Shown here one piece after another: positions 62,201 through 64,000 of a DNA stretch of 64,000 bases. The notes under the pieces were generated by a model that was given only the letters and a program-made list of their open reading frames with translations, ran no database searches and was not told where the DNA came from. The stretch covers positions 62,001-126,000 of the forward strand of contig NMRA01000408.1 of assembly GCA_002633005.1 (NCBI GenBank). Reading direction: 5' to 3'. How positions within the stretch are numbered: position 1 is the first letter of the stretch; every line of letters begins with the position of its first letter. Made by a program: the position numbers and the translations under genes. This DNA comes from Phoronis australis (lineage: Eukaryota > Animalia > Phoronida).

Positions 62201-64000
62201 TAACTTGAAGAGCCATGTCCGTCATTCAATTACAAACAACCAATCTTTAAAACCCTGAAATCACCCACAATTCGAGACCAATTTCATACAGCTATGTGGT
62301 GTAAATCAAAAGTTATTTTTGTGATGAAAGTTGGGTTCATAGCCGCTCTAAATATATTTTGAATCATCAAAAGTATAATTATAACTTTTACAAGCATAAC
62401 AGCAACAGTAACAGTACCTCAGCCAATGGCTCCGTCTCCACCGACTTCAACTCCACCTCTATGGAGGGTGATCTCTCCTCCTCTGGAGAACCAGCCTCCT
62501 GAGTTATGTCCCCTGATGTCTGCTCTTCTGTTTCTATCTTTTTCTTCCGTTGCTTTCCATAGACGACACGCTTCTTCTGCGGCTCCTCCGCCTGGTCTCT
62601 CTGAGGCACCTTGATACCTGGTAGGGGTGTGGTAATACCGGGATAAACGTGAGCATATGACACTTGACAATATACGAGACAGAAACTGAGTTATTCATAC
62701 TACCGAGTGTCAATCAGTACATTTGCCTGACTAATGGAGACTTTTAGAAATTAATTGAAGCTGACCACATTTGACTGGAGACTCTTATTGCCACCTGGCT
62801 GCATCAGGAGGTACTTCTTCGCATCAGGTGGCACAGGGGAACATTTTTACTCCATATATATACAGTACATGGGACTAGGCATGATGCATTCTAAACAAAA
62901 CTTAAATTGCTTCCTTCTTTCAGAGGTCACCCCACATGATCATCCGCCACATTGCTATTTGAAAGTCACCGATTCTAACAGTTCCTACGTGTAAATTTAT
63001 ATGTCAAGTATTCTGGCAAACATTTTGTTGTTCAGGGTTCTGTTTGTTCAACTTCAGGGCAGAAACACGATCAGTTGCACATAACTACCGTCGATTAAAA
63101 CAACTGTGGTTCATTAGATGTTTTGGTGACCAAACAGACTGAGCGTTGGGGAAGGTGTCAGATACTGCCATCAAATCAACACTCCTGCTTCCGACTAGAC
63201 TTTTAAATGTTTTAGTTGTTTTGAAATATTTTAGCCACTTTTAAAAGTTATTTGCTAGTATGCCACACTTAATAAAATACACTATTGCAGTGACGGCAGC
63301 TTTTCTTCTTCATACCATACTGATGCTCTTCACAATAATATTCTGTGTAAAGGAACAAGTCGCAGCAAAACTTATGACTGTAAGCGGTTCAATTCAGAAG
63401 TTTGTGTTACTTACATCTAAAATCTATCTTTACAGGGCATTTCAATCAATACAGAAATTCAAGAAATTGGGCACATTAGGTCCTTCCGAATTACGGTGTT
63501 TACAAATGGTTGACCTCAGAAATTCCACCAATACTACCATGCTGATACTTTGAGTTTCACAGAGACGCAGTGAAATTCCACAGGTGAATAGATAACTTAC
63601 AAACTAGGACTAGTGTAACAGGGCTGATATTTTCGACACAGTATTGCAGCAAACGATAGCCAGTACATGGCACAACTAAGATTGGTACGGCCCACACATC
63701 TAAACTTTGGTCATGTAACAGTCAGTTTGTCTTGCAATATTGTGTTAACTTTATCTAGTCTCTTTTTTTCAGCAGGCACTTCCATATACAGCAACAACAG
63801 CAGTCACAGATTATTTTTGAAAGAAAATGACAAAGTCTTGAAAGTCTTGAAGAGACTCCACTTATTGACAAACATCTTCATTCATGATCAACAAATGTCC
63901 GTTCCTACACGATCTGTAGTTTTTTCAATTAAGGCTCATTTTAAACCACTGCTGCTCCTTTGTTGGCCACTCACCCTGTGCCTTCATAAGCTCCAACATC
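32147..64000 (-). CDS. EIF5B: Eukaryotic translation initiation factor 5B (IF2 homolog), multi-exon gene, 5' part outside window
   Basis: 17 exons join in frame with GT-AG boundaries (2377 nt in window). G1 GHVDTGKT, G2 GGITQQIG, G3 DTPGHESF and G4 ALNK/VD are present, and the C-terminus ([10 protein letters not shown]) matches metazoan eIF5B. Confidence 0.97.
34812..34956. mobile_element. Two tandem ~70-bp micro-MITE copies (same family as 17398-17448)
   Basis: catgtgcggcgcaccataggggactggggggctata is the near reverse complement of the right part of the 17398 element; a second copy follows at ~34884-34956. Confidence 0.7.
35423..35688. mobile_element. Tc2/Pogo-like MITE nested in the 4.6-kb element
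   Basis: gatttccgtatataagttc versus ggacttacatacggaaatc form an imperfect inverted repeat. Confidence 0.55.
37185..37625. repeat. Degenerate minisatellite-like tract (units ~40-85 bp anchored on ttgagaaa.cgca)
   Basis: Motif recurs at ~37189, 37257, 37299, 37381, 37443, 37527 and 37606. Confidence 0.45.
38466..38627 (-). CDS. EIF5B: eIF5B domain IV exon ([31 protein letters not shown]...DLLVSK)
   Basis: Conserved sequence; 162 nt; cag| and |gtgagt sites. Confidence 0.96.
38860..39130. repeat. AT-rich ~42-bp minisatellite (ctgttaatattactacctggtacattaattatcataataaca)
   Basis: ctggtac(a/g)tta core recurs at least five times. Confidence 0.75.
41040..41263 (-). mobile_element. tRNA-derived SINE (degenerate)
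   Basis: The minus strand reads GTAGCTCAGTGGTTAGAGC...GGTTCAAATCC (Pol III A and B boxes, 41199-41257), followed by a non-tRNA body; no clean cloverleaf. The 3' boundary is approximate. Confidence 0.6.
41270..41355. repeat. Degenerate (GAT)n/(GGT)n simple repeat
   Basis: gatgatgacg...gatgatggtggtgacggtgaagatg. Confidence 0.6.
44563..45995. mobile_element. Satellite-bearing non-autonomous element (HINE/DINE-like), ~140-bp monomers in ~420-bp higher-order units
   Basis: ccactag-anchored monomers at 44655, 44804, 44941, 45067, 45229, 45377, 45641 and 45787; recurring ccaaatttcataaa; gacagac/gacggac microsatellite near the 3' end. The family assignment is inferred. Confidence 0.6.
47640..47891 (+). 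mobile_element. 3' tail of an L2/CR1-type LINE (or derived SINE)
   Basis: T-rich tract, then a gaggg-ccctctt...aagaggtaccctc hairpin, then an (AATA)n tail. Confidence 0.5.
48204..48500 (-). repeat. ~74-bp tandem repeat comprising the eIF5B exon 3' end plus 5' splice site (4 units incl. functional one)
   Basis: actcacctcc...ggcacacagaggg...atcacgc units with donor positions at 48224, 48297, 48371 and 48445. Confidence 0.8.
48451..48754 (-). CDS. EIF5B: eIF5B exon ([14 protein letters not shown]...[11 protein letters not shown]...[10 protein letters not shown])
   Basis: Domain III, helix 12 and domain IV sequence; 304 nt; canonical splice sites. Confidence 0.96.
49276..49352 (-). CDS. EIF5B: eIF5B exon ([25 protein letters not shown])
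   Basis: Conserved motif; 77 nt, phase 0 to 2; |gtgagt donor. Confidence 0.95.
50108..50239 (-). CDS. EIF5B: eIF5B domain III exon ([44 protein letters not shown])
   Basis: [12 protein letters not shown] signature; 132 nt; cag| and |gtatga sites. Confidence 0.95.
50665..50950 (-). repeat. ~100-bp degenerate tandem repeat of the eIF5B exon 3' end (3 units incl. functional one)
   Basis: tgtagta.tcaacctc...ctg.ttgg...cacataca...ccttc aligns between 50782-50843 and 50885-50946; a weaker unit starts at ~50667. Confidence 0.7.
50883..51014 (-). CDS. EIF5B: eIF5B exon ([44 protein letters not shown])
   Basis: Hand translation; 132 nt; cag| and |gtaggc sites. Confidence 0.94.
51500..51661 (-). CDS. 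EIF5B: eIF5B domain II exon ([18 protein letters not shown]...[10 protein letters not shown])
   Basis: Hand translation; 162 nt; cag| and |gtaatg sites. Confidence 0.95.
51740..51888. mobile_element. Small palindromic MITE (~145 bp)
   Basis: ttcagtaatgcaacgacctacgct versus agcgaggtcctagcgttactgaa inverted repeat. Confidence 0.55.
52679..52861 (-). CDS. EIF5B: eIF5B exon ([11 protein letters not shown]...[14 protein letters not shown]...ATVME)
   Basis: G5 SA motif; 183 nt; canonical splice sites. Confidence 0.96.
53536..53667 (-). CDS. EIF5B: eIF5B exon ([16 protein letters not shown]...VITQLSEQ)
   Basis: Completes the NKxD G4 motif; 132 nt; cag| and |gtgag sites. Confidence 0.94.
54225..54332. 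repeat. 46-bp tandem repeat (cacccaactcatcagtctgcagaagcagt), ~2.3 units
   Basis: Direct repeat visible at ~54225 and ~54271. Confidence 0.75.
54949..55090 (-). CDS. EIF5B: eIF5B exon ([48 protein letters not shown])
   Basis: Highly conserved G-domain sequence; canonical splice sites. Confidence 0.96.
55488..55722 (-). repeat. 41-bp minisatellite containing the eIF5B exon end and 5' splice site (6 units incl. functional one)
   Basis: aacaacttacctgaaagac... at 55490, 55531, 55572, 55613, 55654 and 55695. Confidence 0.9.
55705..55772 (-). CDS. EIF5B: eIF5B G3 exon, copy 1 ([22 protein letters not shown])
   Basis: DTPGHE motif; 68 nt, phase 0 to 2; AG|gtaagt donor. Confidence 0.9.
56438..56505 (-). 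CDS. EIF5B: eIF5B G3 exon, copy 2 ([22 protein letters not shown]), probable assembly duplicate
   Basis: Identical to 55705-55772; lies in a ~733-bp duplication abutting a single N at 56408. Confidence 0.6.
57312..57422 (-). CDS. EIF5B: eIF5B exon ([37 protein letters not shown])
   Basis: Hand translation gives switch [12 protein letters not shown]; cag| acceptor and |gtaagt donor. Not in the ORF track. Confidence 0.95.
57879..57986 (-). CDS. EIF5B: eIF5B exon with P-loop ([36 protein letters not shown])
   Basis: G1 motif GHVDTGKT; canonical splice sites. Confidence 0.96.
59056..59255 (-). CDS. EIF5B: eIF5B acidic exon: AKVPDEPP...[18 protein letters not shown]
   Basis: Poly-E/D tract before the G domain as in other eIF5Bs; tacag| acceptor and GAG|gtgac donor; phase 1 to 0. 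Confidence 0.88.
59841..60039. mobile_element. ~200-bp TA-flanked MITE with CGGTAA termini
   Basis: TA|CGGTAAAAGCTCT ... AGAGCAATTACCG|TA (11/13 TIR match). Confidence 0.6.
60198..60327 (-). CDS. EIF5B: eIF5B acidic exon: [19 protein letters not shown]...[10 protein letters not shown]
   Basis: cag|GAG acceptor and G|gtgaga donor; DDWD acidic motif; 130 nt, phase 0 to 1. Confidence 0.85.
60791..62179. repeat. 481-bp direct duplication flanking an N gap (probable allelic overlap)
   Basis: 60791-61271 versus 61699-62179, about 6 substitutions; gap at 61272-61698. Confidence 0.9.
61272..61698. other. Assembly gap (N run)
   Basis: Run of Ns. Confidence 0.99.
62418..62617 (-). CDS. EIF5B: eIF5B exon: [27 protein letters not shown]...EPLAE
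   Basis: cag| acceptor at 62618-62620 and GAG|gt donor; KKRxxY motif of the eIF5B N-terminal region; phases consistent. Confidence 0.88.
63975..64000 (-). CDS. EIF5B: eIF5B exon (partial, window edge): MLELMKAQG
   Basis: Donor CAGG|gtgagt at 63974; phase 1 joins the next exon to give AQGIKVP, resembling vertebrate LQAQGVEVP. Confidence 0.8.

Overview
Eukaryotic draft-assembly window from an animal, probably an AT-rich marine invertebrate (the taxon is an inference). It has two long N gaps and several single Ns. Two protein-coding genes lie on the minus strand. The first is a single-coding-exon Sprouty gene (7520-8221) with the NxYxxxP Cbl-binding motif and the Cys-rich SPR domain. The second is the 3' part of eIF5B, with 17 coding exons traced by hand from the window edge (64000) to the stop at 32147; they join in frame to about 791 aa with GT-AG introns. 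The rest is intron or intergenic DNA rich in non-autonomous transposons: TA-flanked Tc1/mariner-Pogo-like elements, Harbinger-like MITEs, tiny hAT-like elements with apparent 5-bp TSDs, a tRNA-derived SINE, a LINE tail and a satellite-bearing element. The most unusual signals are (1) tandem, decaying duplications of exon/intron boundaries at three eIF5B exons (three donor ends, one acceptor end), (2) an intronic ~140/420-bp higher-order satellite whose most conserved block resembles a CTCF motif, and (3) a 51-70 bp micro-MITE family. Two near-identical duplications flanking Ns, one containing an eIF5B exon, are most likely uncollapsed haplotypes. No prokaryotic systems, CRISPR arrays or rRNA were seen.
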